Assembly: GCF_964355755.1 (NCBI RefSeq)
Contig: NC_092678.1
Span: 14,534,371-14,598,370 of the forward strand
Length of the DNA: 64,000 nt
From: Antedon mediterranea
Taxonomy: Eukaryota; Animalia; Echinodermata
Direction: 5' to 3'
Of the stretch, positions 63,559 to 64,000 are shown piece by piece; the stretch's first letter is position 1, and every line of letters starts with the position of its first letter. A model generated the notes under the pieces. The model was given only the letters and a program-made list of their open reading frames with translations. It had not been told where the DNA came from and ran no database searches. The position numbers and the translations under genes are program-made.

Positions 63559-64000
63559 GTAATGTACATAAAAGTGTAATGTTCGTGACATGTGGACCTC
63601 GAACTCACCCCAAATCACCAGTAGTGGTGTTTTTAACTCTAAATATCAGTGTGGTTACGGTAAGAAACCAATACAGTTGGACACATTTAGCGTTCGTGGC
63701 AACGAGATCAAATCTCTAAATGGGAAATGAAAAAATATATTTTTTTTTTTATTATCAGCATCGTTTGTATAATTTTATTTTTATTCAATGTCTGACTTTT
63801 TATTTTTCATCAGTATAGGGGCAATATATTTGAATTAATAATATTTGTTATTATATGGTAGCCAAACACCAAAACTGGTTGTTGCCTAACGGTCATACAT
63901 CATCGTACAATCTAGAAGCTTTTAACCACCCGATTCCTACCTAATGTGAAACTGCTGTTCTAATTAAATTTGGTGCCATTATTATGCCAATTTTACGATT

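Noticed and set aside
63926-64000. CACCCGATT start resembling the P-like TIR
   Set aside because: Match is only about 10 bp and the window ends; cannot be supported

Overview
AT-rich eukaryotic DNA, probably from a marine invertebrate (inference from the CR1/L2/Rex1/Tx1/RTE/Bel-Pao/Ngaro/Academ mix; not proven). Most of the window is decayed, deeply nested transposable elements, and many insertion junctions can be reconstructed base by base from target-site duplications (TSDs). The only host-gene evidence is four phase-0 exons (53874-63558, +), each encoding one ankyrin-like repeat; the ORF track misses them. The most unusual structure is a 364/373-bp mobile unit carrying an internal, fully foldable tRNA-like cloverleaf with anticodon ATC. 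It forms (TA)n-bounded tandem arrays at two loci (44357-45689 and 55587-61017), with 5'-truncated copies, two subfamilies and a fold-back copy. Family assignments come from recalled motifs and terminus/TSD rules, not database searches.
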